Below, piece after piece: positions 1-14,469 of a stretch of DNA of 64,000 nt (its first letter is position 1; each line of letters starts with the position of its first letter). The notes under the pieces are model-generated. The model did not search any database, was not told the origin of the DNA, and saw nothing but the letters and a program-made list of their open reading frames with translations. The translations under genes and the position numbers were made by a program. The DNA comes from Dicyema japonicum. Its lineage: Eukaryota > Animalia > Dicyemida. The stretch covers positions 968,671-1,032,670 of the forward strand of contig RDEW01000017.1 of the NCBI GenBank assembly GCA_011109175.1. Reading direction: 5' to 3'.

Positions 1-696
1 GCCACGTGGTTAAAAAGTTGAACTGGTTACTTGCCTCTTACACAAAATGTCTGCTTAGCTTCATGGTGGATGAAGGCCCTTGTATTGGTTCTTGTCATGA
101 GCGTGCACAAGGTACGGAATCACTAAGCTCTGAATTATGAAAGTGTAGATGCACGTGGATTTGGCTTCGAATCTGTCCGGCCTAAAGAACTTGGGGGATC
201 ATTACATGGGATGGAATTGGCTCTTAGTCCTCGGTAGTTAACATCCCCATAGGGTGAGGGAGATTCTCAACGATTCAGACCAGCCAATTGGAATTACCAG
301 GCATAGGTTAAGCAGGTACGACCGTATTTTCCAAGCAGAACTCGAATAGCCGTTTCCTAGGCGATTATTATTCAACTCTAAGAGCACAAGGAAGGTGTCG
401 GCTCTAAAATTCTTAGTATTTTCGGTAGGCCGTTATTCTCTTAGGATGATTGAATTATATTTGTTTTAGATCATTATCAACTGAGTGGTCCCATGTAGAC
501 AAGGGGGAGGTCGAAACCGGCGGGGACGGCCATTATGAACCGCTCTCCATAACTGGTTCAGAGAGTCTTTGTGTATTTTGGATTAAAATTAAGTAATTTA
601 AAATATATTTAAATATTTTAGTTTTATATTTATTAAATGTTTTATTTATGGTTAACCTAAATAAAATAATAAAATTTTATAAAAACTATTTACAAA

Positions 697-966
697 ATGA
701 GTCTCAAGGTTTTACTGATTTTGTTCTCTCTGTTGGTTGTTAATAAAATAAGTAAATTAAATATAACATTAGAATGCGTTAATCTCGAAAATCTTGATGT
801 TGGAGATTCGAGCATGGAAAATGATGGCAGTGAAGATGTTGATGTTGAAGACGATGAAATCGTAGAGGATAATGAAGCTGATGAGGATGATGAGGACGAC
901 GGAGATGATGAGGATGATAATGATGAAGACGATGAAGGTGAAGATGATCAAGAATACCAAACTTAA
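697..966 (+). CDS. Small secreted Asp/Glu-rich orphan protein (signal peptide plus acidic tail); probable 21-nt in-frame intron at 752-772
   Basis: ATG follows an AT-rich island. N-terminus MSLKVLLILFSLLVV is hydrophobic. About two-thirds of the last 50 aa are D/E. GTAAATTAAATATAACATTAG fits the intron class seen in the other genes. Confidence 0.7.
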   Translation: MSLKVLLILFSLLVVNKISKLNITLECVNLENLDVGDSSMENDGSEDVDVEDDEIVEDNEADEDDEDDGDDEDDNDEDDEGEDDQEYQT

Positions 967-1679
967 TTCTAATATTCACTTTAGTTCTAACATGGGTTGT
1001 TTGGGTTGTTTAAGCTAAAGTCATCTTAAAACCTAAAAGTACACTTAACGCTAGAAATAAGTCATTCGTGGTTGCATTCTCCCCGAATATCCCAAAACTT
1101 TCTCGAGGCTTAATGGAATCGACACGTGTTAGGTAATTGATAATTAGTGTTATATTTCCGCGGGAATTGTCTGAGTAAAAAATATTAATTTTATTGATTA
1201 TAGCTTACGCAGATGTTCATTATGGCCAATTAACATTTAATTAATATCGGAAAATGTTGTTCAGACATGAGCCAGAGAGTGGAATAATTAGTGCTGGATT
1301 GTCATGAACAGTGCGATAATTAGAAAATAAAGCCTGATTAACCATTTTTGGATTTTATTTGATCTCCCAATTTGTCAATCGGCGGAAGGTTGAGGTGGTG
1401 ACCAACAAGATGTTTATTAGTTTCAAATGGATGAGCCCCTGTCTACTTTCTTATGAGTTTGGACGAGGTGACGGATTCGGGAGACATAGGAAACCCAAAG
1501 TTCACCCTCCAAGAGAGACTACAACTTGGAACGATGTTCCTCCCTCGAGCTCACGCAAGCACGCATCTCACGTATTAAGGATCCAGAGGCATTGGGGACT
1601 GGGACTTACTACAAAAAATTTACACATAACAATAAAAAAATATTACTAGTCATTGATTATTGTTATGATAAATTCAGTC

Positions 1680-2620
1680 CGAGCCAGAAATGGGGAAATT
1701 TCCCAATTTTGAGGTTTTCCCAAAAATGAATGTCATTTTAAAAAAGCTTAATAAAAATGTGGAAAATGATTATTTAATAAGGCCTTTTCAAAGCAATTTT
1801 GTATTTCTGATTAAAAATTGTCACACCAATTTTCCCCATTTGGGAGTTTATTAGTAAGAAAATTTAATTATTAGTAATAATGAACGTACTATGATTGTTG
1901 GGTAAAAGTACTATTGCACAGAAAATTTTTTTTATGCAAAAAAATTTCCAGAGTTTGTTATCGACGGAGAGGGGAATTTACTTTGTTCCAATTGTTCGAC
2001 TGCTGTAAGATGTGACACAAAATTTTTTGTTGACGCACATCGTTCTACAAAATACGTTTGAAGGGGCAGAGTATTTTTCTGAGTTTAAAATTATAGAAGA
2101 GTACAACCTTTCTCAGAGTTCACAAAATTCATTTCCGAGATAACCGATACTCGGAAAAGTTGGGCTATGAAAGAAACAGAAGCATTCTTGGAGGCAAAAT
2201 GAGAAACCCTTGTCTCATACGCCTTTTTGAAGATGAAACTTATCATTTGCCATCCGAATATACATGAAGGTCAAATATAACACAAAATACAGGGGAATAT
2301 GTTTTTCTGGTTTGTGATGAAGCTCAAGTCCGCTCCAAAAATCTCCATTTTATATCGTGTAACAACCTGCATTCTCGCTTACCACTTCAACGTGCTAAAG
2401 TTGATGAAATAATGAAAAAATTTTCAATTGAACGTAAAACTCTTGGATACGAAGTATTCTTGATTTCTCAAATAAATCTTCTATTTACTTATCTTCGAAA
2501 TTGTTGCGGAAGCTCAGACTCAGTTGAAAGGGCGATATCTCTACGAAAATTCTTAAGATCGAAATTTAAAACCTGAAAACGTTCAGGAATATTTAATTTC
2601 GTATTTCTCCGCAGTTTGGG
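1680..2620 (+). mobile_element. Degenerate DNA-transposon relic (CGGBP/hAT-like zinc-finger transposase)
   Basis: Broken frames LLCSNCSTAVRCDTKFFVDAH, ETEAFLEA and VFLVCDE resemble CGGBP-type transposase motifs. Many stops. Confidence 0.4.
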
Positions 2621-2639
2621 TTTCCCCAACACGAGGTCA

Positions 2640-2965
2640 TACTGTACCAGGATTTGGCCCGACATCACTGCAGGAGGAGATTGTATCCAGTTCCATGATC
2701 CCAAAACCAGAGGTCCTTTCAATATCACACATCAATCCAGAAAAGATAGGGCACATCCAGTTGGAACTCCTCAATTGAGTGGAGAAGAGCAAATGATCCC
2801 TATCATGCCACCCTATCACTGACCGTCACCTGAGATAGGTGGATCAGATGACGCCTATCTAGTAGACCGGGAGAAGAAACTGAAGAATAACCTTACACTG
2901 GGAATTCAGTGGGGGAATCAAACCCAGAATCAATTGCTACACTATGACATCCCCCACCAAGCTAC
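2640..2965 (-). mobile_element. SINE family A copy with tRNA-like head
   Basis: The minus strand has A-box-like TAGCTTGGTGG and B-box-like GGTTTGATTCC, followed by the shared body GATCCACCTATCTCAGGTGACGGTCAGTG, which matches 33900-34010. Confidence 0.6.
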
Positions 2966-3130
2966 GTCTTAATTTTGAAGTACAGATTGCTCTCCAAAAC
3001 GTATTTAAATATAAATATTATATTAGATCGTCCTCATCGACAGATTCCTTCTCACAGCTTTCACAGCTATCAGAGTCCAAGGAAGGGAGAAGATTATTCA
3101 TCATACAACTGTCCCTCCGTAATACAGCAT

Positions 3131-5482
<2,352 letters not shown>

Positions 5483-6194
5483 CCACAAACTTGGATTTTA
5501 GCGCTTTTGAATCTATTATTATTTTAAATTTAAAATAATTTAATAATAAAATTTAATTATGAAAAATTTAATGTAATAAATTAATGATTATTAGATTTTG
5601 TGCATAAATAAATAATAAATATATGCCTTTATGACATTTAATTATTCAATATTTAATTTTACTAAGGCTTCCTCAACTGACATTTGTTTAATTGTTTAAA
5701 AAAATTTTACTAATAAAGAATTAACTCATATTTGAGAAAATAGTCAATTTCCACTAATGTTTAGGTTACCCACGTGTTACTAATTTTGTCGAGCCATGTG
5801 ACGTAGAATTCTTTTCATGGTTTGATCGTATTGATTTATTGCCATCAATTTTTATGTTGCTATAGTTACATTTACCCAATACACTTCCATTCTGATTATT
5901 AAGATGTGTTTCAGCAGGGGGAAAAGGTTGCTTTAGTGTTGACAGGATTGTTGGTGGGATTATGGATTATAGAATGGTTAGAGAATGCTATCCCTTGTCA
6001 TAGATAACAGTATAGGACAATTATGCGGTTATAGAGGACCAGATTGTCTGGTGGCTTATTAGGGGAAGGCTGAGCTAGTGATGCACCTTTATTGTACGAA
6101 ATATCTACTTTTCTTATCGGTGGATGAAAACCACTGTTTTCTTTCTCGGGACCACGGACGAAGTGACAGAGTCAGAAGATATCGGAAACCTAGT

Positions 6195-6385
6195 TTTGAT
6201 CAAAGGAAGTGTTGATCCACATCAGGGTTCAAGCCTCGTCAAAATTAAAAGAATAATGTACTTCAAAAAGAACCACTCCACCGGGAGACAATCTCTTTTC
6301 CTGGCTACGCGTTCATTTTGTAACAGCGTGTCGGAATTTCGTTATCAGTTAGTCTGGCTTCACCGTGGTCTTGGTATTTTTCATT
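6195..6385 (+). mobile_element. SINE family A copy (5'-truncated) with LINE-like tail
   Basis: GATCCAC..CAGG and TCCACCGGGAGA body motifs, then the tail TTAGTCTGGCTTCACCGTGGTCTTGG. The 112-aa ORF 6124-6462 is incidental. Confidence 0.6.
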
Positions 6386-6832
6386 TCACAGCATTCAAGA
6401 ACAGACGACATAAACTAATGACGTCGAATACTATTAGAGCTCTCGTTGGTTTTTATTACTAAAATCTCACTCATCAAAAAACATCCTTTAGAATCTGCCT
6501 CAATTCTTTAAGGTGTGCAGCGAGGTGGACATATGACTCACTTACAAGACTCAATTATTTCCACTGATAACTTATTTATTAAAATTGACTCCCCGAATGT
6601 CGTCGAAAGAAGTACATCCTTCTACAGCACCAATGCGGACTCCCCGGCATGAACGATCTCGTTTCCAAATGGGTTCCTGGTCTTATAGAAATGCAGGCAA
6701 CTACGGCCATTTTTCTCACGGAGTCTAAAAACAAGGATGACACTGGCAAATGGTAAGAAATTGTGCCTTAGCAAAGGGATCAACATAAAATATCCTCGCA
6801 AGGAATAAACCAAAAAAATTAGTGAACTGCAA

Positions 6833-7804
6833 TTAACAAAAAGCATCCTCAATGGCCTCATCATCCTCACGTTTACGGTCTATTTTATTATTGATCAGGT
6901 CATGAAGAGACAAAACAGCCCTCACAAGTGATCCCACATACACCATTAATGATTGGTCATTCATTTTAACACTGAAGGCCTACTATAAACCCCAATCTCA
7001 ACCTCTTTGAATCCCTCAGACTCCAGATCGGGCATTATTGTAAATATCTCTTGAATTCCAAACATTATAGGATGTGGGATAGGGTTACCCTCCTCCAATT
7101 CCGCTGTCAAGTACGTCCCCACTCTGAATAGTTGGTCCGACAGTGCCCTTAGTCCCAAGACCTGCCCAGTAATCCTTGAAGACAATGTCCCATACACATT
7201 ACGTCCAATATCCCTTAAGTTACAGCAAAGACAACCTTAGAAGATGTTCAACCCCAACCTCTTCAGCCTCTTCTGCCCCGATTTCTGAACGGACGTGGTC
7301 AAAGGAGTTAGATGGTACCCCCAATTCAGAAATCTCTCCCACTAGTCGATATGCCTGGGTTGGGAGAACTATGGGAGAGGACATTGCCTGGATTATAACG
7401 AGGATTGGGTCATGACAGTAGTTTTTGAATAGTTTGTGGATTTCAATGTCGTTTTTCCGTAAAGAACTTCCACTATGATACCAACCGACGATTCGTTCCT
7501 TCACCATGACCTTCCTGAACATTTCGAACATTTTTTCAAGATATGTGGTGTCGATGAACCATAGGGATGGGTCAGTGGGGACTTCATCATATGGCACTAT
7601 AATATTAGGTGAGAATTTACAGGCATAGCTGTTGGTTATTTCGAGGTCATCTCTCACTCGATAACCGAGGAGGACACCCACTACTCTGTCTACTTTGATG
7701 GTGCCTTCCACTCTGGTTCTGTGATCAGCAACATTAAGTAGAACAAGTGGATGTACGACTATCCTATTAACCAATCTAGATGTATCTGTGAAGGCATGAT
7801 TCAT
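6833..7804 (-). CDS. PSMD7: 26S proteasome lid subunit RPN8/PSMD7 (MPN domain), 3 introns of 24, 22 and 23 nt
   Basis: [92 protein letters not shown]. The frame is intact after splicing. Confidence 0.97.
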
Positions 7805-7809
7805 TATGA

Positions 7810-7890
7810 CACACGTTGGCAATGATTAATTTTATTAATTTATATTTAAATATTTCTTTAATTTGTTAAATTATTTAAAAAACTTTGATA
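7810..7890 (-). promoter_or_regulatory. AT-rich promoter island with AACGTG word upstream of RPN8; equivalent islands precede most host genes
   Basis: A near-pure A/T tract followed by CCAACGTGTGTCATAATG. Similar islands lie at 581-696, 5500-5720, 9760-9880, 13100-13210, 22355-22480, 25900-25975, 47950-48010, 50760-50830 and 61770-61860. Confidence 0.55.
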
Positions 7891-8269
7891 AGATTAATTG
7901 CAACCAGTCCAGGGCGGTCAAGACTATCTATTGACTCTCAGGGATTAAGACAAAGGCAACCCCATTTGAGGACGTCGTGGGGAAGTCTGGTGGCACATTC
8001 GTCCAACGCGAAAAATCGCCAAAAAATTGGCATATATGGAATCTGTCGGTTTCCGAGAGAAATGTTTAATGCCTGAGATTTCCTGACACTTTGACGTACC
8101 CCAAAACCGTCAATCCGCACAAGAGAGGGTCCTCTAGTGACTGCATGATCCAGGTATCAGATGTTGAGGGGAGAACAGGAAAGTCAGATGATTTTTAAAC
8201 AACCAAGATCATTGTTAAATCAGAAATAATTAAGCTAAGTGATTCCGACGCGACCTAGTAACCCCACAG

Positions 8270-9340
8270 CTTAGTGCGGTGTTCCATCGTCGACACCACA
8301 TAAGTCCGAAGTGGGAGGGGACTGTCCGGTGCGATAGAAAAGACAAGTATCTTTAGTCCTCTTAATTAAGGCCTCCAGAGATGTAGTTTCCGAACATTTC
8401 ACTCCAGACGTCCACATTAAGAGATCTTTTCTGGTGGATGGGATCCTAATCGGTCCAAGAGATGAAGGGTACTCATTATGCGCATACGTAGGAGATGATA
8501 GGAACAATGTATTGTTTGTAAAGGCATTCAAGGATCGGGTGGCTTCCAATCTTTCATAACCCTAAGATACTCTTCAGAAGGTTAATCGTTGAGACGGTCA
8601 GGGTATTTTTGCAAGGATGTCCCCATCTTGAGAGACAACGGTGTCGTCTGCGTAAGAGACAAATATATCATTTTCCTGTGTGGGGAGTTCGGCCATGAAT
8701 AGGTTGAATATGGAAGGGGATACTAAGGACCCTTTGGTAACACGAGTAGGGATAAGTCGTGAACTGGATTTTGACAGTTCTATACAAACACGTCCTCTCC
8801 GACTGCTAAGGAAGTTAGTCCGTCAGAGTTTAAAATTTCCAGGTATTCTTGTTTGGAAAATTGTCCCCCTGTGCTTCTGTACAATTAGGAACATGGGGCG
8901 TCAACCAGTCACAATGGGAAAAATAAACTCCCACTACAGAATTCGGCTACAACCGCTGATGAAAATCACGATTCCAAAAAGATTTGTAACAGAGCTGTAC
9001 GGAATACGCATTCACAGCCTATCGAACTAACGGCCAAAAGGGAGAGATGGAGTTATTTGACATATTCTTAGAATGGATAAGTTTAGACACATAATACTAT
9101 GGAAGCTTACTTCCAGAGCAGTTGTGAATACCGCAGACGTCCTCGCAACTCTCTCCAATTGCACTTCACAAAGATCTTGAGACTATAGAATAAACTCGAG
9201 GACTTAGATATCTTTCGAAAAATTGCTTTCTCAAGGAAAACGTGAAGGAATCTAGCATGGAATATTTCCACGGTGTTGCAGAAGCATCGATAAGATGACG
9301 TTCTTTTAGCTGCGTTTTGCAAAATAATAATAATCTTCCT
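8270..9340 (-). mobile_element. Degenerate non-LTR retrotransposon (LINE) RT relic
   Basis: Minus-strand frame TKGSLVSPSIFNLFMAELP..FVSYADD; many stops. Confidence 0.75.
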
Positions 9341-9620
9341 CGAAGCTATTTATTAACCCCGTCTGCTTGTAGGTTTCCGCTTCAGAAGAGAGGTGGAGAA
9401 GTAGGTTCGTCCTCTTCCATTTTCATCACACGTCCTACCGTCGCGGACATCATTTCATTCTTCGTTGGAAGAGTTTTCATAATGTAATCTTCACTAGAGG
9501 ATTTGGTCAAGGAGAAAGTAGAAAGATCCCATTCAACTAGTGTGTTGTGCCAGAAGGGGATCTGTTTGACGGGAATTGACTTTAGGTTCAGTCAGAAGGC
9601 ATCCTAGACTCAATTTATTT
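9340..9620 (-). repeat. LINE 3'-end fragment, family B (copy 1 of 4)
   Basis: Homologous to 13225-13475, 32455-32690 and 48600-48950 (AATGAAGTGATGTCCGCG..GATGAAAATG..CCTACTTCTCCACCT). Ends near GGGGTTAATAAATA. Confidence 0.7.
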
Positions 9621-9887
9621 TTATTATTATTAAGTTATTATTTTATAAGGAAAAGGAAAAAGAATAGTTAATTTTAATTCAGCTGTTGGGAGATGCACAA
9701 GCTATTCCCACGGACAACAGCCAACGAGAGCCTCTCCTTGAGCCATCTCGTCTCACGAATAAATAACTATTATTTATTTTTATTGGTATAAATAACACGT
9801 GGATAATTATTGGATGCCAAAAATAATAGTTTTACTAAAATTTTATTAAAATTAAATAAATTTTAAATATAAAATAGTATTCTTGTG

Positions 9888-10624
9888 ATGGTGGTGGTGT
9901 TCGTCACAAAATGTATAATTATTACAATTATCAGTCTACAAGGAACAATATACAATAATAATGGGGGAGAACAAATATGAGAGTACTTGTTGTTAATCAC
10001 TAAAGATGACCAACTCATACAAACCTGCTTTCCGGGGACATTTGGTTTCATGTCTCTGATCTCTCCTCTGCCCACGTGTATCTAAGATTTAAAAAGGTAC
10101 CAATCGGCAACATTTCTGACTATTAATAGTTTGGGGGAGATCCCCGAGCAACTCATTGCTGAATGTGGACAACTGGCAAAGGCTAACAGCATCAAAGGTC
10201 GCATATTAATCTAATGCAGGCAATAAGATGCACTCTGTCAAAATTGTATACACAAAATGGGAGAATTTACTTAAAACTAACAAAATGGACTTTGGGCAGG
10301 TCAGTTACCATGATGAGACCAACGTGGGGTATACAGATGTAACACGTGAACGGGGAATTCTGAGTAGATTAGAAAAGACAAGAGCAACAGTGGAGTTTAC
10401 GCGTCTTATTGAGGAGAAGGATGAATTTGAGCGGATGAAAGTTCAGGAGGACAATTTGAGGGAGAAGAAGAAAAGGGAGGATGAGAAGAAGAGACTGAGG
10501 GAGGAAAAGATTCAGGAAGATATTCGGTTTTTCATTTGCTTATACTAGATCCTATAAAGGTGTTATGATAGGGGAATTAATGCACACAAATTGCGACGGG
10601 AATGATTCTGACGACTTTTTCTGA
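9888..10624 (+). CDS. CCDC25: CCDC25 (NFACT-R domain protein), 4 micro-introns; apparent 1-nt deletion in a G run near 10035
   Basis: YTIIMGENKYENDQLI..DIWFHVSDLSSAHVYLR..ECGQLAKANSIKGNK..IVYTKWENLLKT..MDFGQV..ILSRLEKT..DGNDSDDFF is colinear with CCDC25. Confidence 0.93.
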
Positions 10625-10759
10625 CAACACGTCGAATTGTAACAAGAATTATTTTAATTTAAATTTTGAATTTTTTAGGTTAAATTTAAAATTATCATTT
10701 TTGAATTTAATTAATTTTAAAAGGTTAAGATTTTGCTAGGTGGTTAATTTTTTTGGTTT

Positions 10760-10935
10760 AATTTGTCTGAAGGCTTAGGTGATATGTCCAGTTTCCGCTG
10801 CCAAAGTGAAGCACGTCTTGGCCAAGCATCATATCTGCCATTGTGGAAACCCTTCAGTGGGGTGGGAAGAGATAGATCCTTTTTGATGCCATCTAGACAT
10901 TGGTGCTTTACTGAGACAAGTGGAATAACAGAGGC
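10760..10935 (-). mobile_element. SINE family A body fragment
   Basis: Minus strand TTCCACTTGTCTCAG..CAAAAAGGATC..CCACTGAAGGGTTTCCACAATGGCAG matches the family body. Confidence 0.55.
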
Positions 10936-11229
10936 CTTGTAGGATTTGAAGAAGGCACAGAACAGAACGGAGTCCTTTAGTCAGGCAAGTAGCGATGTGG
11001 CAATCGAACACACGACTAATCGCGTTTTTAGCGACAACCCTAAGCACTGTTACCTGATCCAGGCGTTAATTAACTCTCGACCTCTTTCCTGTATATCCGG
11101 GGAGACGTACCTTTATTACAGAAGATTATTACTTAGTTTTATGATGGGTGAAGACTCTTGTCTTGGTAGATTAGTTAGAAGACATAGGAAACCCGGAATT
11201 TTGAACTAAAAAGTATCAGTTGGATGAGG

Positions 11230-11760
11230 TATGTAAAATCCCATCCAGCAAATTAAGAGAGAATACACTGCCGTCAGGTAATCCCGGCCTCGTTACGTAG
11301 CCATCTCATTTTTGCTCGTTTTTCGTTCCGACCTACTTGTTTTACGTTCGTATTACTTATGGAAACTTTGGAGGTGTCATTTGTGCTCCCGTTCTCCTTA
11401 CAGACCTCCGAAGGGAGTTGATCTCAAGTGGAGAACTTAAGACTGTTGATTTAAAGTCATCGATCTTCTGTAGATTAGCTTTGGACAGGTTTGTCCCCCA
11501 TGCAACACAGCCATAGCTGATAGTCGGTTGTATTTACTATAATGTGAGCTTAACGTTGAGTTGAAGCAGGAAGGCCCTTAGATTAAGTAATAATCTTCGA
11601 CATCTTTGCCAACTGATGACTGGGGGAACGAGTATTAACTAGTACGAATTTCCCATGAGCTAGTCTATTAGTCATTAAACAGCTTCGATCTCTGGAAGAG
11701 TCATGTTAGCTAAACTACATGATAACCTGAAGTAAGAAAACATGGGATTAAATTCAACAC
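11230..11760 (-). mobile_element. 5'-truncated LINE relic (RT C-terminal region)
   Basis: QPTISYGCVAWGTNLSKANLQKI is homologous to EPCFSYACASWGPSLSWTNTKKI in the 43030-43617 ORF. Confidence 0.6.
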
Positions 11761-12003
11761 GTGGGGTACTTCCATCTCTACTAACTTAATGACTTTTAAA
11801 AGTGGTTTAACGGTTAATCAATGGTGACGCAAACCAACCCACCAAATTGCCCATACAACGATCAACCCACGTGGCCAAATCCCACAAAATAACTTTAAGT
11901 TTACATCACACCAAAATAAGTCAAAATCCATACTAATAAACTAATCCACGACCACCCCTCACTTGGGCTCAAACGTCCTCCCCCTAAGATGGACATTCAA
12001 TGC

Positions 12004-13080
12004 TTACGAGGCTGTCTTCTTCTCCACCGGTTTTTCATATTTGCACCGATTTATCCTCTTCATCAATCCCACACTCTGGTCTCAGTCTCGATATGAAGAA
12101 CATCTAAGAATCACCCACATCCCCCACATTGTAATTGGAGACTGAATAGTAGATTTGCATAGGCATAATTGTAAGTATCTTGGCCACCATCTCCCTCTTC
12201 GAGAAGAGCCTCCCATCGACCACTTTTAACATATTTTAGGGGACCAACTCATAGATAAGTAAATCGTGTTGCTGTTGGGTGACACATTGAACGCCTTCTT
12301 AAGCTCCTGTGGAGGATCTCGTTCATTGTAGGTCACCAATGGGGCCATATTGTTGTACTCTGTAGGTTTTTGAATTCCTACAACTCCCAAACACGTGACA
12401 ACCTGAGCAAACTGTTTCAAAAACAGGAAGTAGTTGAATCCTCACTGTAGATGGAGAAGAACATCCAGAAAACCTGATTTTCGACCATAAGGTACCTATT
12501 AGTCACAATAACAGGAGTACAGCTTGTCAGACCTTCCAAGGGGGAGAGTCAGTTTCTCAGGTGCCCTAGAGTTAGCAGCAGCGTCAATGAAGTGGTTAAC
12601 AAGAGCAGAGATGCACTGAATTTGAGAAATTGTGCCTTCTTGATCTCCTCAGAGATCTCCTCACTGAGTGGGGGAGTCAAGTCGTACTTGGAGGACCGCA
12701 GTTGAATTTGTTCAAAAGAGATGGCATTCTTGTAATATTGTTTTAATGACTCAATAATTAATATAATTATTACATTTTGAATAATATCAGTTAAATTATT
12801 CATAAGGGGAAACAAAATTTTAAGCTGAAATAAAATGATGGACACCTGGATGACGTAGCGACTGTCCCCCAGGTTGTTAAATTTGTAGACAATGTCGAAA
12901 AAATCTGACTAATTACACTTAGAAGGGCTTACCGTGTGCTTCTCCATTGATGGGGTCTGGCTTGTTACTATTGGTTAAACAGTAGTCTTACCCTTTCTGC
13001 ACAGCATTGAGCCTCGATTCCAGTATCTCGCTGATCACTTTAGTGCCAATGCTTAATATTGCCTGATTGGTCGAGTCCAT
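12004..13080 (-). CDS. ARPC2: Arp2/3 complex subunit 2 (ARPC2/p34), divergent; about 4 single-base frameshifts (errors or pseudogene)
   Basis: KVISEILESR..GNKPDP..DFFDIVYKFNN, KQFAQEFK..MAPLVTYNERDPPQELK and LMKRINR..VEKK are colinear with ARPC2 once 21-25 nt introns are removed. Confidence 0.85.
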
Positions 13081-13224
13081 CAGAATATTTCTTTTTATGG
13101 TATTTAAATTGGTTTTTATTTATTTTTTGAATTTTATTTTTAATTAATATTTAACTTAATAATAATTCATAAATTTACTTATTTCTAAAATCAATTAAAA
13201 ATTGATTTAGTTGTTACATTCCGA

Positions 13225-13475
13225 TATGACAACTATTCCGATAAAGAATGAAGTGATGTCCGCGGCGGTAGAACGTATGATGAAAATGAAAGAGGGCGAA
13301 CCTACTTCTCCACCTTTCTCTGAAGCGGAGGCCTGTAATGAACTAATAGAAGATTGATTTTGGCAGTAAAAGTAGACGTTCTACTTTGGGTTCCTTCCTT
13401 GGATTAATTGTTGTGACTGTTTGTGCTGGGCTTACCAAAGATTGTATGCCTGGGGTTATTAAATAAATAATTTAA
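13225..13475 (+). repeat. LINE 3'-end fragment, family B (copy 2)
   Basis: Matches 32455-32690, including the tail GTGCTGGGCTTACCAAAGAT..ATAAATAAATA. Confidence 0.7.
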
Positions 13476-13599
13476 AATTGAGCGGGAATTTATGTTAATT
13501 TCATGATGGTAAATTTAAAGTTGAGCTTGAATTTGCAATTGATTTATCAATTTGAAATTTTCACATGTACTGAAGAGTACTTTAATTTCAAAAGTACAT

Positions 13600-14170
13600 T
13601 CTTATTTACTCCCAATATCTAGAATTGACCCCACCATCTTTAATTCCATCATTGAAGAGGTTATTTGACTGTAATGTCGATTAAATCATCCTCTTACTGT
13701 AGTGATACGCTTTCATATTTAAAAATCCCCCGAAAATCATGGATATTAAGCCTGAGATCGTATAAATGTCCCAGGACCTCTCAGATACAAATATTTTCGT
13801 TGTCCACGTGTGTTTGAAAGACCAAAGTTTATCCAAGATCCGGAATTTTCAGGTCCTTATCATTTAAATTTTTAACAATTAGCGAAAATGCATAAAATCT
13901 TGTAATCTGAGTAACATACACGTGTAGAGACACTCAGACGACCTCATCCTTTGGGGAGTTACTTTCGATTTTCTCGAAGCCTTAAACGAACTTGTTAGAC
14001 GGCATTGAACCTGACTGGTTTCCCCTCTGTACTCCAACTCGATGTCTGCGTAACCTTGATTGAAAACTACAGGGTGGAATGACCACCTTTATGTTAGTGG
14101 GGAAGCTCCACTCTGGATGTCACGTGTACAGGCGCTTTTGTTTCTAACAATCTCCTTGGAGTGCTGTAAA
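13600..14170 (-). mobile_element. Highly decayed LINE RT relic
   Basis: Eroded PQG and H-V/H-T RT motifs on the minus strand; frequent stops. Confidence 0.45.
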
Positions 14171-14469
14171 TACCTGTCCAGCTAGTGGAAAGGCCGAAAC
14201 GTTACTGTTGGTAGTACATTGACTTTCTCAGTGATGTGACATTTGTTCCTTCCACCATGGAAATTTCCAGAACCGTTCGACATTCGTCCTAAACTTTCCT
14301 CAAACGACTCTGAAATCTTATAGTTCAGGGGACCTTCGGAACGATGCTGGATATTCGAGCATATTTCCTTCACACTCCAGTGGTTGAGTAGCCATGGACT
14401 CAGGGCTGCGGTTGAAAGGCACCGAAAAGAACCATTTCTCTTCCCTGTCCAGCCAACCCGCATGTCTGT

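Noticed and set aside
12004-13080. Programmed frameshifting or insertional RNA editing as the explanation for broken genes
   Set aside because: There is no shared slippery or stop motif. The lesions sit in assorted homopolymers and are deletion-biased, so assembly error is much more parsimonious.
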